DNA of 64,000 nucleotides from Escherichia coli (GTDB lineage: Bacteria; Pseudomonadota; Gammaproteobacteria; Enterobacterales; Enterobacteriaceae): the NCBI RefSeq assembly GCF_044647545.1, contig NZ_CP172818.1; one strand, written 5' to 3'. Below the pieces are notes generated by a model. The model made no database searches and was not told where the DNA came from. It saw only the letters and a list, made by a program, of their open reading frames with translations. A program made the position numbers and the translations under genes. This document shows, in pieces, positions 35,615 through 46,581 of the stretch; position 1 is the stretch's first letter; each line of letters begins with the position of its first letter.

Positions 35615-36988
35615 TTAACTCCGCTTATACAGCGGCAACCAAATCACCAGCCGTAAACCGCCCAGCGGGCTGTCTTCTGCTTTAACCCAGCCGCGATGCT
35701 GCTGAATGGCGGTTTCAACAATCGCCAGCCCCAAACCTGTACCGCCAGATTCACGATCGCGTGCTTCATCGGTACGATAGAACGGACGGAAAATCTGTTC
35801 GCGATCTTCCGGGCTAACGCCAGGACCATCGTCGTCCACCGTAATGGTGATACCGTCTTTATCTACCGCAAAGCCCACTTCAATCTTCGTATGGGAATAA
35901 CGCAGAGCATTACGAACAATGTTTTCCAGCGCACTTTCCAGGGCGTTCGGATTGCCGTACAGCGGCCACGGCCCAGGCGGGAAGTTAACTGTCAACGACT
36001 TGCCCATTTGCTCGGCTTCGAACGCCGCGTTATCCAGCACTTCACTCCACAACTGATTGGCTTTGATGGTCTCGCTAACCAGCGCGTTTTTTTGCTGATT
36101 ACGTGACATCACCAACAGGTCGTTAATCATGCTGTCCAGACGTTGCGCTTCGGTTTCAATACGCTCCAGTTCCTTGCTTTCACCGCTACGACGGCGCAGT
36201 AACGCCGTACCCAGTTGTAGACGCGTCAGCGGGGTGCGCAGCTCGTGAGAGATATCAGAAAGCAGACGCTGCTGAGAGGTCATCATGCGCTCCAGCGCGG
36301 TGACCATCTGGTTAAAACTGGCACCAGCGGCAAGGAATTCCTGTGGCCCCGCTTCAAGTTCCGGGTGCTGGCGTAAGTTTCCCTGGGCAACTTCATCGGC
36401 AGCGTTTTTCAGCTTACGCGCCGGTTTTGCCAGACTCCAGGCCAACCACAACAGAAGCGGCGTACTGACCAACATGGTGACAATCAGCAGTAATAGCGGG
36501 CGGTCAAACAGTAAGTTAATGAAATCGGATTGAGAACTGCTGGCCGGACGAATCAGATAAAGTTGGTAATTATCTTCGCCATCACGCACGGAGAACGGAC
36601 CGACCAGTTCCACGCGGCCATACTTTTTCTTCTGCGGATGATCGGCGTTATCGGCCTGACCAATAAAGTTACGAATGATCTGCATTTCGCTGCGTTCAGC
36701 GCCGATCACGCGGCCTTCGGTGGTCACCAATAACAAACGCTGTCCTGGCGGTGCCCACTTATCAATCGCCCGGAACAGACGCCGCCACCACATTAAATCA
36801 TTGGGCGGATCGTTCGCCAGCTCCGCTTCGACATGCTGCTCAATCATCAGACCCTGACGCTGTTCGCTATCCAGAAGCTCGGTCATCTGGCGTGAATCGA
36901 GCTTGGGTAACATCAAAACCAACATCAACACCAGCGCCAGCGTCAGCCAGAAGATGGCGAAGATGCGCGCGGTTAAGCTGCCTATCAT
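35615..36988 (-). CDS. cpxA: Envelope-stress sensor histidine kinase
   Basis: 457 aa ORF with HisKA H-box (SHELRTPLTRL) and ATPase domain. Confidence 0.9.
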   Translation of the reverse strand: MIGSLTARIFAIFWLTLALVLMLVLMLPKLDSRQMTELLDSEQRQGLMIEQHVEAELANDPPNDLMWWRRLFRAIDKWAPPGQRLLLVTTEGRVIGAERSEMQIIRNFIGQADNADHPQKKKYGRVELVGPFSVRDGEDNYQLYLIRPASSSQSDFINLLFDRPLLLLIVTMLVSTPLLLWLAWSLAKPARKLKNAADEVAQGNLRQHPELEAGPQEFLAAGASFNQMVTALERMMTSQQRLLSDISHELRTPLTRLQLGTALLRRRSGESKELERIETEAQRLDSMINDLLVMSRNQQKNALVSETIKANQLWSEVLDNAAFEAEQMGKSLTVNFPPGPWPLYGNPNALESALENIVRNALRYSHTKIEVGFAVDKDGITITVDDDGPGVSPEDREQIFRPFYRTDEARDRESGGTGLGLAIVETAIQQHRGWVKAEDSPLGGLRLVIWLPLYKRS

Positions 36989-37683
36989 GAAGCAGAAACC
37001 ATCAGATAGCCGCGACCACGCAAGGTTTTAAACCACGGGTGACCATCTTTACGATCCGGCAGTTTACGACGCAGGTTGGAAATGTGCATATCAATAGCGC
37101 GGTCGAAAGGCGTCAGGCGTTTGCCCAGCACTTCCTGGCTTAAATGCTCACGGGAAACCACCTGACCCAGATGCTGTGCCAGCAAATAGAGCAGGGTAAA
37201 CTCAGTGCCGGTTAACTCCAGCGTTTGCCCGTCGAAGCTGGCTTCCTGACGGCCTGGATTCAGCACTAAGGCATCAACTTCCAGTGTCGGTGAACCGTTG
37301 TCGTTGTTTTGCTGTTGCTCGCTCCAGTGCGAACGGCGCAGGATCGCGCGAATACGTGCCACCAGCTCACGATCATTAAACGGTTTCGGGAGATAGTCAT
37401 CTGCGCCCAGCTCAAGGCCGAGAACGCGATCAAGTTCACTGCCGCGCGCCGTCAACATAATGACAGGCGTCTGGTGTGTCTGGCGAAGTGCTTTTAATGT
37501 GTCGATACCATTTTTCTTCGGCATCATTACATCAAGCAAAAGTAAATCAATGCTGTCGTCCAGAAGATCAAGCGCCTGTTCCCCATCGTGGGCAACAATC
37601 ACGTTGAAGCCTTCCATCTCGAGCAGCTCCTTTAATAGGGAAGTCAGCTCTCGGTCATCATCAACTAACAGGATTTTATTCAT
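36985..37683 (-). CDS. cpxR: Envelope-stress response regulator (OmpR family)
   Basis: 232 aa ORF starting MNKILLVDDD; overlaps cpxA start. Confidence 0.9.
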   Translation of the reverse strand: MNKILLVDDDRELTSLLKELLEMEGFNVIVAHDGEQALDLLDDSIDLLLLDVMMPKKNGIDTLKALRQTHQTPVIMLTARGSELDRVLGLELGADDYLPKPFNDRELVARIRAILRRSHWSEQQQNNDNGSPTLEVDALVLNPGRQEASFDGQTLELTGTEFTLLYLLAQHLGQVVSREHLSQEVLGKRLTPFDRAIDMHISNLRRKLPDRKDGHPWFKTLRGRGYLMVSAS

Positions 37684-37738
37684 TGTTTAAATACCTCCGA
37701 GGCAGAAATTACGTCATCAGACGTCGCTAATCCATGAC

Positions 37739-37753
37739 TTTACGTTGTTTTAC
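37739..37753 (-). promoter_or_regulatory. CpxR box GTAAA-N5-GTAAA in the cpxRA/cpxP divergent region
   Basis: Minus-strand reading of 37739-37753 is GTAAAACAACGTAAA, an exact match to the published CpxR consensus. Confidence 0.55.
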
Positions 37754-37832
37754 ACCCCCTGACGCATGTTTGCAGCCTGAATCGTAAACTCTCTATCGTT
37801 GAATCGCGACAGAAAGATTTTGGGAGCAAATG

Positions 37833-38333
37833 ATGCGCATAGTTACCGCTGCCGTCATGGCCTCAACGCTGGCAGTCAGTTCATTAAGCCACGCTGCTGA
37901 AGTCGGTTCAGGCGATAACTGGCATCCGGGTGAAGAACTTACGCAGCGCAGTACGCAGAGCCATATGTTCGACGGCATAAGTTTAACCGAACATCAGCGT
38001 CAGCAGATGCGAGATCTTATGCAACAGGCCCGGCACGAACAGCCTCCTGTTAATGTTAGCGAACTGGAGACAATGCATCGCCTTGTCACCGCAGAAAATT
38101 TTGATGAAAACGCTGTGCGCGCACAGGCAGAAAAAATGGCGAATGAGCAAATTGCTCGTCAGGTTGAGATGGCAAAAGTCCGCAACCAAATGTATCGCCT
38201 GTTAACGCCGGAGCAGCAAGCGGTTTTAAACGAGAAACATCAACAACGAATGGAGCAGTTGCGCGACGTGACGCAATGGCAAAAAAGTTCATCGTTGAAG
38301 CTATTGAGTAGTAGCAACTCACGTTCCCAGTAG
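37833..38333 (+). CDS. cpxP: Periplasmic Cpx pathway inhibitor/adaptor
   Basis: 166 aa ORF with signal peptide and LTxxQ motifs. Confidence 0.9.
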
Positions 38334-38342
38334 TAAACCCTG

Positions 38343-38400
38343 TTTTCCTTGCCATAGACACCATCCCTGTCTTCCCCCACATGATGTGGGGGTTTTTTTT
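38343..38400 (+). ncRNA. cpxQ: Probable CpxQ sRNA (processed cpxP 3' UTR ending at the cpxP terminator)
   Basis: 3' UTR of cpxP ending in a strong terminator; assignment rests on published knowledge of CpxQ, boundaries approximate. Confidence 0.4.
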
Positions 38401-38401
38401 A
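38374..38401 (+). terminator. Rho-independent terminator of cpxP
   Basis: Hairpin CCCCCACATGATGTGGGGG followed by TTTTTTTT. Confidence 0.65.
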
Positions 38402-38481
38402 TCCTCAATTTGCCTGCTGCTTAATGTATTGCAGATGATTTGCTTCCGTTATACTACCGTCAGTTGATAGCGGGAGTATTT

Positions 38482-39384
38482 ATGAATCAATCTTATGGAC
38501 GGCTGGTCAGTCGGGCGGCGATTGCTGCGACGGCGATGGCTTCGCTGCTATTGCTGATTAAAATTTTTGCATGGTGGTATACCGGGTCGGTGAGTATTCT
38601 CGCCGCGCTGGTGGATTCGCTGGTGGATATCGGCGCGTCGTTGACGAATTTACTGGTGGTGCGATATTCCCTGCAACCTGCCGACGATAATCACTCGTTT
38701 GGTCACGGTAAAGCTGAGTCCCTCGCGGCGCTGGCGCAAAGTATGTTTATCTCCGGTTCGGCACTATTCCTGTTTTTGACGGGTATTCAACATCTGGTAT
38801 CTCCAACACCGATGACAGATCCAGGCGTCGGGGTTATCGTGACAATTGTGGCGCTAATTTGTACGATTATCCTTGTCTCGTTTCAGCGGTGGGTGGTGCG
38901 CCGGACGCAAAGCCAGGCGGTGCGGGCTGATATGCTACATTACCAGTCTGATGTTATGATGAACGGCGCAATTCTGCTGGCGCTGGGGTTGTCCTGGTAC
39001 GGCTGGCATCGCGCCGATGCTCTGTTTGCATTGGGAATCGGCATCTATATTTTATATAGCGCGTTACGCATGGGATATGAGGCGGTACAGTCATTACTGG
39101 ATCGCGCATTGCCTGATGAAGAACGGCAAGAAATTATTGATATCGTGACTTCCTGGCCGGGTGTTAGCGGCGCTCACGATCTTCGCACGCGGCAGTCAGG
39201 GCCGACCCGCTTTATTCAGATTCATTTGGAAATGGAAGACTCTCTGCCTTTGGTTCAGGCACATATGGTGGCGGATCAGGTAGAGCAGGCTATTTTACGG
39301 CGTTTTCCGGGATCGGATGTGATTATCCATCAGGACCCCTGTTCCGTCGTACCCAGGGAGGGTAAACGGTCTATGCTTTCATAA
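38482..39384 (+). CDS. fieF: Cation-diffusion-facilitator iron/zinc efflux protein
   Basis: ORF track 38440-39384; trimmed to [13 protein letters not shown] start giving 300 aa. Confidence 0.85.
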   Translation: MNQSYGRLVSRAAIAATAMASLLLLIKIFAWWYTGSVSILAALVDSLVDIGASLTNLLVVRYSLQPADDNHSFGHGKAESLAALAQSMFISGSALFLFLTGIQHLVSPTPMTDPGVGVIVTIVALICTIILVSFQRWVVRRTQSQAVRADMLHYQSDVMMNGAILLALGLSWYGWHRADALFALGIGIYILYSALRMGYEAVQSLLDRALPDEERQEIIDIVTSWPGVSGAHDLRTRQSGPTRFIQIHLEMEDSLPLVQAHMVADQVEQAILRRFPGSDVIIHQDPCSVVPREGKRSMLS

Positions 39385-39564
39385 TCAGTATAAAAGAGAG
39401 CCAGACCCGCATTTTGTGTATAAAATACCGCCATTTGGCCTGACCTGAATCAATTCAGCAGGAAGTGATTGTTATACTATTTGCACATTCGTTGGATCAC
39501 TTCGATGTGCAAGAAGACTTCCGGCAACAGATTTCATTTTGCATTCCAAAGTTCAGAGGTAGTC

Positions 39565-40527
39565 ATGATTAAGAAAATCGGTGTGTTGACAAGCGGCGGT
39601 GATGCGCCAGGCATGAACGCCGCAATTCGCGGGGTTGTTCGTTCTGCGCTGACAGAAGGTCTGGAAGTAATGGGCATTTATGACGGCTATCTGGGTCTGT
39701 ATGAAGACCGTATGGTACAGCTAGACCGTTACAGCGTTTCTGACATGATCAACCGTGGCGGTACGTTCCTCGGTTCTGCGCGTTTCCCGGAATTCCGCGA
39801 CGAGAACATCCGCGCCGTGGCTATCGAAAACCTGAAAAAACGTGGTATCGACGCGCTGGTGGTTATCGGCGGTGACGGTTCCTACATGGGTGCAATGCGT
39901 CTGACCGAAATGGGCTTCCCGTGCATCGGCCTGCCGGGCACTATCGACAACGACATCAAAGGCACTGACTACACTATCGGTTTCTTCACTGCGCTGAGCA
40001 CCGTTGTAGAAGCGATCGACCGTCTGCGTGACACCTCTTCTTCTCACCAGCGTATTTCCGTGGTGGAAGTGATGGGTCGTTATTGTGGCGATCTGACGTT
40101 GGCTGCGGCTATTGCTGGTGGCTGTGAATTCGTTGTAGTTCCGGAAGTTGAATTCAGCCGTGAAGACCTGGTAAACGAAATCAAAGCGGGTATCGCGAAA
40201 GGTAAAAAACACGCGATCGTGGCGATTACCGAACATATGTGTGATGTTGACGAACTGGCGCATTTCATCGAGAAAGAAACCGGTCGTGAAACCCGCGCAA
40301 CTGTGCTGGGCCACATCCAGCGCGGTGGTTCTCCGGTGCCTTACGACCGTATTCTGGCTTCCCGTATGGGCGCTTACGCTATCGATCTGCTGCTGGCAGG
40401 CTACGGCGGTCGTTGCGTAGGTATCCAGAACGAACAGCTGGTTCACCACGACATCATCGACGCTATCGAAAACATGAAGCGTCCGTTCAAAGGCGACTGG
40501 CTGGACTGCGCGAAAAAACTGTATTAA
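39565..40527 (+). CDS. pfkA: ATP-dependent 6-phosphofructokinase I
   Basis: ORF track 39469-40527; trimmed to [25 protein letters not shown] start giving 320 aa. Confidence 0.95.
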
Positions 40528-40583
40528 TGATTTCGGAAAAAGGCAGATTCCTTTAGCCTGAAACCGATGACAGAAGCAAAAAT

Positions 40584-40684
40584 GCCTGATGCGCTTCGCT
40601 TATCAGGCCTACATGAATTCTGCAATTTATTGAATTTGCAAACTTTTGTAGGCCGGATAAGGCGTTCGCGCCGCATCCGGCATG
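40584..40684. repeat. REP element pair between pfkA and sbp
   Basis: GCCTGATGCGCTTCGCTTATCAGGCCTAC and GTAGGCCGGATAAGGCGTTCGCGCCGCATCCGGC units. Confidence 0.6.
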
Positions 40685-40846
40685 GACAAAGCGCACTTTG
40701 TCAGCAATATGAGGTGGATTTCTTCCGCCTTTTTAATCCCTCAACATATACCCGCAAGTTATAGCCAATCTTTTTTTATTCTTTAATGTTTGGTTAACCT
40801 TCTGGCACGCTTTGCTCATCACAACACAACATAAGAGAGTCGGGCG

Positions 40847-41836
40847 ATGAACAAGTGGGGCGTAGGGTTAACATTTTTGCTGGCGGCAACCAGCGTTATG
40901 GCAAAGGATATTCAGCTTCTTAACGTTTCATATGATCCAACGCGCGAATTGTACGAACAGTACAACAAGGCATTCAGCGCCCACTGGAAACAGCAAACTG
41001 GCGATAACGTGGTGATCCGTCAGTCCCACGGTGGTTCAGGCAAACAAGCGACGTCGGTAATCAATGGTATTGAAGCTGATGTTGTCACTCTGGCTCTGGC
41101 CTATGACGTGGACGCAATTGCGGAACGCGGGCGGATTGATAAAGAGTGGATCAAACGTCTGCCGGATAACTCCGCACCGTACACTTCCACCATTGTTTTC
41201 CTGGTGCGTAAAGGCAATCCGAAGCAGATCCATGACTGGAACGATCTGATTAAACCGGGTGTTTCGGTGATCACGCCTAATCCGAAAAGCTCTGGTGGCG
41301 CGCGCTGGAACTACCTGGCTGCCTGGGGCTACGCGCTGCATCACAACAACAACGATCAGGCAAAAGCACAGGATTTTGTTCGGGCACTGTATAAAAACGT
41401 CGAAGTTCTGGATTCTGGCGCGCGCGGCTCCACTAACACTTTTGTCGAGCGCGGAATTGGCGATGTACTGATCGCCTGGGAAAACGAAGCTCTGCTGGCA
41501 GCGAATGAACTGGGGAAAGATAAATTCGAAATCGTCACGCCGAGTGAGTCTATCCTCGCAGAGCCAACCGTGTCGGTGGTCGATAAAGTGGTCGAGAAAA
41601 AAGGCACCAAAGAGGTGGCGGAAGCCTACCTGAAATATCTCTACTCGCCAGAAGGTCAGGAAATTGCCGCGAAAAACTACTACCGTCCGCGCGATGCTGA
41701 GGTGGCGAAAAAGTACGAAAATGCGTTTCCAAAGCTGAAGTTATTCACCATTGATGAAGAGTTCGGCGGCTGGACGAAAGCGCAAAAAGAGCATTTTGCT
41801 AACGGCGGTACGTTCGATCAGATCAGCAAACGCTGA
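40847..41836 (+). CDS. sbp: Periplasmic sulfate-binding protein
   Basis: 329 aa ORF with signal peptide. Confidence 0.9.
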
Positions 41837-41857
41837 TTTCTCCAGGATAATTATCAA

Positions 41858-41891
41858 ACCCGGTGGTTTCTCGCGACCGGGTTTTTTATTT
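41858..41891 (+). terminator. Rho-independent terminator after sbp
   Basis: Hairpin AACCCGGTGG...CGACCGGGTT followed by TTTTTTATT. Confidence 0.55.
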
Positions 41892-41942
41892 GTCACGATT
41901 TTGCGTTACCCTTGCATCTCTTTGAGGTACAGGGAAAAAAAG

Positions 41943-42698
41943 ATGAAAAAAGCGGGTCTTCTTTTTTTGGTGATGATAGTTATCGCCGTTGTGGCTGCCG
42001 GTATTGGTTACTGGAAATTAACCGGTGAAGAGTCGGATACATTACGTAAGATTGTCCTTGAGGAATGTTTGCCCAATCAGCAGCAAAATCAAAATCCTTC
42101 GCCATGTGCGGAAGTCAAACCCAACGCCGGATACGTGGTTTTAAAAGATCTTAATGGCCCACTGCAATATCTGTTGATGCCAACGTATCGTATTAACGGT
42201 ACTGAAAGTCCTTTGTTGACCGATCCTTCAACGCCGAACTTCTTTTGGTTGGCCTGGCAGGCGCGTGATTTTATGAGCAAAAAATACGGCCAGCCGGTTC
42301 CCGATCGCGCGGTTTCTTTGGCAATCAACTCTCGCACCGGGCGTACGCAAAACCATTTTCATATTCATATTTCTTGTATTCGTCCTGATGTGCGCGAACA
42401 GCTGGATAACAATCTGGCGAACATCAGTAGCCGCTGGTTGCCACTGCCAGGTGGTTTGCGTGGGCATGAGTACCTGGCGCGTCGGGTAACGGAAAGCGAA
42501 CTGGTACAACGCAGCCCATTTATGATGCTTGCAGAAGAAGTGCCTGAGGCGCGGGAACATATGGGAAGCTACGGGCTGGCGATGGTACGGCAGAGTGATA
42601 ACTCATTTGTATTGCTGGCGACACAACGAAATCTACTGACGCTGAACCGTGCTTCAGCCGAAGAAATCCAGGATCATCAGTGTGAGATTTTGCGTTAA
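41943..42698 (+). CDS. cdh: CDP-diacylglycerol pyrophosphatase
   Basis: ORF track 41751-42698; trimmed to [16 protein letters not shown] start giving 251 aa. Confidence 0.85.
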   Translation: MKKAGLLFLVMIVIAVVAAGIGYWKLTGEESDTLRKIVLEECLPNQQQNQNPSPCAEVKPNAGYVVLKDLNGPLQYLLMPTYRINGTESPLLTDPSTPNFFWLAWQARDFMSKKYGQPVPDRAVSLAINSRTGRTQNHFHIHISCIRPDVREQLDNNLANISSRWLPLPGGLRGHEYLARRVTESELVQRSPFMMLAEEVPEAREHMGSYGLAMVRQSDNSFVLLATQRNLLTLNRASAEEIQDHQCEILR

Positions 42699-42720
42699 GG
42701 CGAAGAGTTAAGGAAAGTAA

Positions 42721-42743
42721 GTGCCGGATATGAAATCCGGCAC
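42721..42743. terminator. Bidirectional hairpin between convergent cdh and tpiA
   Basis: Inverted repeat GTGCCGGAT...ATCCGGCAC. Confidence 0.5.
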
Positions 42744-42752
42744 CTGCCAGAC

Positions 42753-43520
42753 TTAAGCCTGTTTAGCCGCTTCTGCAGCTTTAACGATCACGGCGAAAGC
42801 GTCAGCTTTCAGAGAAGCACCGCCAACCAGCGCGCCGTCGATGTCTGGCTGAGCAAACAGTTCTGCAGCGTTAGACGCGTTTACAGAGCCGCCGTACTGG
42901 ATGATCACTTGTTCAGCGATGTTAGCGTCAACTTTAGCAATGTGGTCACGGATGAATTTGTGAACAGCCTGTGCCTGAGCCGGAGTTGCAGATTTGCCAG
43001 TACCGATTGCCCATACGGGTTCGTAAGCGATAACCGCACCTTCGAATGCCGCAGCACCCTGAGTTTTCAGTACCGCGTCGATCTGACGTGCACAAACTTC
43101 TTCAGTTTTGCCCGCTTCGTTTTCCGCTTCGGTTTCACCGATGCACAGAACCGGAGTCAGACCCTGCTCTTTCAGCACCGCGAATTTTTTCGCGATCAGT
43201 TCGTCAGACTCTTTGTGGTAAGTACGACGTTCAGAGTGGCCGATGATGATGTACTGTGCGCCGATGTCTTTCAGCATAGCAGCAGAGGTTTCACCGGTGA
43301 ATGCGCCGGACAGGTTCAGGTCCACGTTTTGCGCACCCAGCATGATGTGGCTGCCTTCAGCTTCGCGCTTCGCCATATCGATGTACATTTCCGGTGGTGC
43401 GATTGCAACCGCACAGCCAGCAACACCTGCCAGCTCTTTACGCAGGTTAGAAACCAGCTCGTGAACCATGTGGCGGCTGCCGTTCAGTTTCCAGTTACCC
43501 ATCACTAAAGGATGTCGCAT
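42753..43520 (-). CDS. tpiA: Triosephosphate isomerase
   Basis: 255 aa ORF starting [14 protein letters not shown]. Confidence 0.95.
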
Positions 43521-43627
43521 TTTAATTCTCCACGCTTATAAGCGAATAAAGGAAGATGGCCGCCCCGCAGGGCAGCAGGTCTGTGAAACAGTATAGAGAT
43601 TCATCGGCACAAAGGCTTTGCTTTTTG

Positions 43628-44227
43628 TCATTTATTCAAACCTTCAAGCGATTCAGATAGCGCCAGCTTAATCGGTTCAACAGCGAAGGTCAGCCCCTTT
43701 TCGCCGTTGTCCGCGACAACATAACGCAGTGCACCTTCTGTCTCGGTGTAATAACGTTTGTTTTTCCCCGCCGTTAGTAGCGACTGCAGTTTTTTCTGGC
43801 TTTGTGTTTTGGTCATTAATGGGGTGAGTGTGCGGATCACCGCTGCCATGTATTCCTGAGCTTTCGCTTTCGCGGCTTTTTGCTCTGGCCCCTGGATGGG
43901 TAGCCAGGTCATTTGAATGCTTTTGATTTTTAAGGTACCGCGCTCCAGCGCTGTAGAAGCATACAAGTTCTCATTAATTTTACTGGCAGCACGAGTGAGA
44001 TTGGCTTTGTCGGGACTGCTGTCGATGGCACGAAATTCGTTCAGTGGCAGGCTGGGATTCTGGCTGTTAAAGTCTTCTCTAAACTGGCTGATGGAGAGAT
44101 CGAAAGTAGGGGCTCCAGCCAGCAGATAAGGCGCGGTCGTTGCCGTATCTGGTGTTTGTGCATGCGCCGTTGTTGTAACGGTTAATGCAGAACATAAGAG
44201 AAAAAACAGCGTACACCCTGGCTTCAT
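43628..44227 (-). CDS. yiiQ: DUF1454 periplasmic protein
   Basis: 199 aa ORF with signal peptide; synteny. Confidence 0.8.
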   Translation of the reverse strand: MKPGCTLFFLLCSALTVTTTAHAQTPDTATTAPYLLAGAPTFDLSISQFREDFNSQNPSLPLNEFRAIDSSPDKANLTRAASKINENLYASTALERGTLKIKSIQMTWLPIQGPEQKAAKAKAQEYMAAVIRTLTPLMTKTQSQKKLQSLLTAGKNKRYYTETEGALRYVVADNGEKGLTFAVEPIKLALSESLEGLNK

Positions 44228-44327
44228 TGACAGTACCTTTTGTTATGACTGGCTCCGATTAAAACGATATCTGTCGCCCTTGTCAAAAGGGTAGAATCCT
44301 GGAAAAGACAACCATCAAGGAACTTAC

Positions 44328-44768
44328 ATGACCATACAGCAATGGTTATTCTCATTTAAAGGGCGTATTGGACGCCGTGATTTCTGGATTTGGATAGGCC
44401 TGTGGTTCGCAGGCATGCTGGTGCTTTTCTCACTGGCGGGTAAAAATTTACTCGATATTCAGACCGCGGCGTTTTGCCTTGTGTGCTTGCTTTGGCCAAC
44501 AGCGGCAGTAACCGTTAAGCGCTTGCATGATCGCGGGCGTTCCGGCGCATGGGCATTTCTGATGATTGTGGCGTGGATGCTGCTGGCGGGTAACTGGGCG
44601 ATTTTACCGGGTGTCTGGCAATGGGCGGTGGGGCGTTTTGTCCCGACATTGATTCTGGTGATGATGCTTATCGATCTTGGTGCGTTTGTTGGCACACAAG
44701 GCGAAAATAAATATGGTAAAGATACCCAGGATGTGAAGTATAAAGCCGACAATAAATCAAGTAATTAA
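44328..44768 (+). CDS. yiiR: DUF805 inner membrane protein
   Basis: 146 aa hydrophobic ORF; synteny. Confidence 0.8.
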   Translation: MTIQQWLFSFKGRIGRRDFWIWIGLWFAGMLVLFSLAGKNLLDIQTAAFCLVCLLWPTAAVTVKRLHDRGRSGAWAFLMIVAWMLLAGNWAILPGVWQWAVGRFVPTLILVMMLIDLGAFVGTQGENKYGKDTQDVKYKADNKSSN

Positions 44769-44979
44769 CCTTTAATATATCTCTTATCGCTATTTTTTTC
44801 CGGGATTGTTATTTCCACGATGCAAGTGACAATGCCCGGAAAATCCTTCTGAACTCTTCACCTTAAGCAATATCAAAAAAAATGGTAATCCATAAGATCA
44901 TTACTTGTTTGTTCTTCCTTTAACGGCGCATTATTCTTAAGTCGTAATCGACAGAGAGGCGAATATACAGAGGTGCCCT

Positions 44980-45279
44980 ATGAAAGATGTCGTAGATAAA
45001 TGCAGTACTAAAGGATGTGCGATTGATATCGGTACGGTGATTGATAACGACAACTGTACCAGTAAGTTTTCGCGCTTTTTTGCCACCCGCGAAGAAGCAG
45101 AGTCCTTTATGACCAAACTGAAAGAGCTTGCCGCCGCTGCATCCTCTGCAGATGAAGGGGCCAGCGTAGCCTATAAGATTAAGGATCTGGAAGGGCAAGT
45201 TGAGCTTGATGCGGCCTTCACCTTCTCATGCCAGGCCGAGATGATTATTTTTGAGTTATCACTGCGTTCGTTAGCTTGA
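44980..45279 (+). CDS. yiiS: UPF0381 small protein
   Basis: 99 aa ORF upstream of uspD. Confidence 0.75.
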   Translation: MKDVVDKCSTKGCAIDIGTVIDNDNCTSKFSRFFATREEAESFMTKLKELAAAASSADEGASVAYKIKDLEGQVELDAAFTFSCQAEMIIFELSLRSLA

Positions 45280-45305
45280 TGGAGTTGCTTTAGAAGGAGT
45301 TAAAC

Positions 45306-45734
45306 ATGGCTTATAAACACATTGGCGTGGCAATTTCCGGGAATGAAGAAGATGCCTTACTGGTGAATAAAGCCCTGGAGCTCGCCAGACATAATGACGC
45401 TCACCTGACGTTAATTCATATTGATGATGGCTTAAGCGAGTTGTATCCGGGTATCTACTTCCCTGCAACAGAAGATATTCTTCAATTGTTGAAGAATAAG
45501 TCGGATAACAAGCTGTATAAACTGACGAAAAATATTCAATGGCCGAAGACAAAACTGCGTATTGAACGCGGAGAAATGCCGGAAACACTGCTGGAAATTA
45601 TGCAAAAAGAGCAGTGCGACCTCCTTGTCTGTGGTCATCACCACTCATTTATCAACCGTTTGATGCCGGCATACCGCGGGATGATCAATAAGTTGAGTGC
45701 GGATTTGCTCATCGTGCCGTTTATCGATAAGTAA
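45306..45734 (+). CDS. uspD: Universal stress protein D
   Basis: 142 aa ORF, Usp fold-like. Confidence 0.85.
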   Translation: MAYKHIGVAISGNEEDALLVNKALELARHNDAHLTLIHIDDGLSELYPGIYFPATEDILQLLKNKSDNKLYKLTKNIQWPKTKLRIERGEMPETLLEIMQKEQCDLLVCGHHHSFINRLMPAYRGMINKLSADLLIVPFIDK

Positions 45735-45738
45735 CCGC

Positions 45739-46485
45739 TTACCAGTAATGCTCCGCTGTCATATGGCCCGGTCGACGACGTAAATGTTTCGTCATCTGCC
45801 GGGTCTCCTTCAGCAACTGTTGTGTATCGCGCACCATCTGTGGATTGCCGCACAGCATCACATGGCTGGTTTCTTTATTCATCGGCAGGCCAACCGCGCT
45901 TTCCAGTTCACCACTTTCAATTAACGCCGGTATCCGCCCAGTGAGCGAACCCGCAGCCGTTTCCCGACTGACCACCGTCTGAATGCGCAGTTTGCCTTCG
46001 TAGCGTTTTTCCAGTTCTTGCATCAGTGGCAAATAGCTTAAGTCGGCGGCATAACGTGCGGCGTGAACCAGGACCAGATTTTTGAAGCGATCTAAATCTT
46101 TACCCAGTTGCAGAATCGATAGATAAGGGCCAATCGCTGTACCGGTTGCCAGCATCCATAGCGTTTCGCAATCTGGTACTTCATCCAGAACAAAGAAGCC
46201 AGCTGCTTCGCTAACCACCTGCACTTCATCGCCCGGTTTCAGTGCCGCCAATCGTGGGCTTAATTTGCCATCGGGGACGGTGACCAGGTAAAACTCCAGA
46301 TCGGGATTATCGGGCGAGTTAACATAGGAGTAGGCGCGCTGGACGCGTTCACCGTCGATTTCAAGGCCAAGCTTGGTAAATTGCCCGGCGGTAAACGGAA
46401 GCACGGGGGCGTGAACGGTGAGACTAAACAGGGCGTCGGTCCAGTTCTGCACTTTAGTGACTTTGCCTGTTACCCAATCAGCCAT
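45739..46485 (-). CDS. fpr: Ferredoxin/flavodoxin-NADP+ reductase
   Basis: 248 aa ORF starting MADWVTGKVTKVQNWTDALFSL. Confidence 0.9.
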   Translation of the reverse strand: MADWVTGKVTKVQNWTDALFSLTVHAPVLPFTAGQFTKLGLEIDGERVQRAYSYVNSPDNPDLEFYLVTVPDGKLSPRLAALKPGDEVQVVSEAAGFFVLDEVPDCETLWMLATGTAIGPYLSILQLGKDLDRFKNLVLVHAARYAADLSYLPLMQELEKRYEGKLRIQTVVSRETAAGSLTGRIPALIESGELESAVGLPMNKETSHVMLCGNPQMVRDTQQLLKETRQMTKHLRRRPGHMTAEHYW

Positions 46486-46530
46486 GTTTTTCTCCTGTTT
46501 TGATTGACTTGCCTTATCTTCGTTCTCCGA

Positions 46531-46560
46531 ACAAAAAAATTCCAGTCCCGAAGGACTGGA
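46531..46560 (-). terminator. Rho-independent terminator after glpX
   Basis: Hairpin CCAGTCCTTCGGGACTGG followed by U-run on the minus strand. Confidence 0.5.
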
Positions 46561-46581
46561 AGGCTCAATCGATCAAATCAC

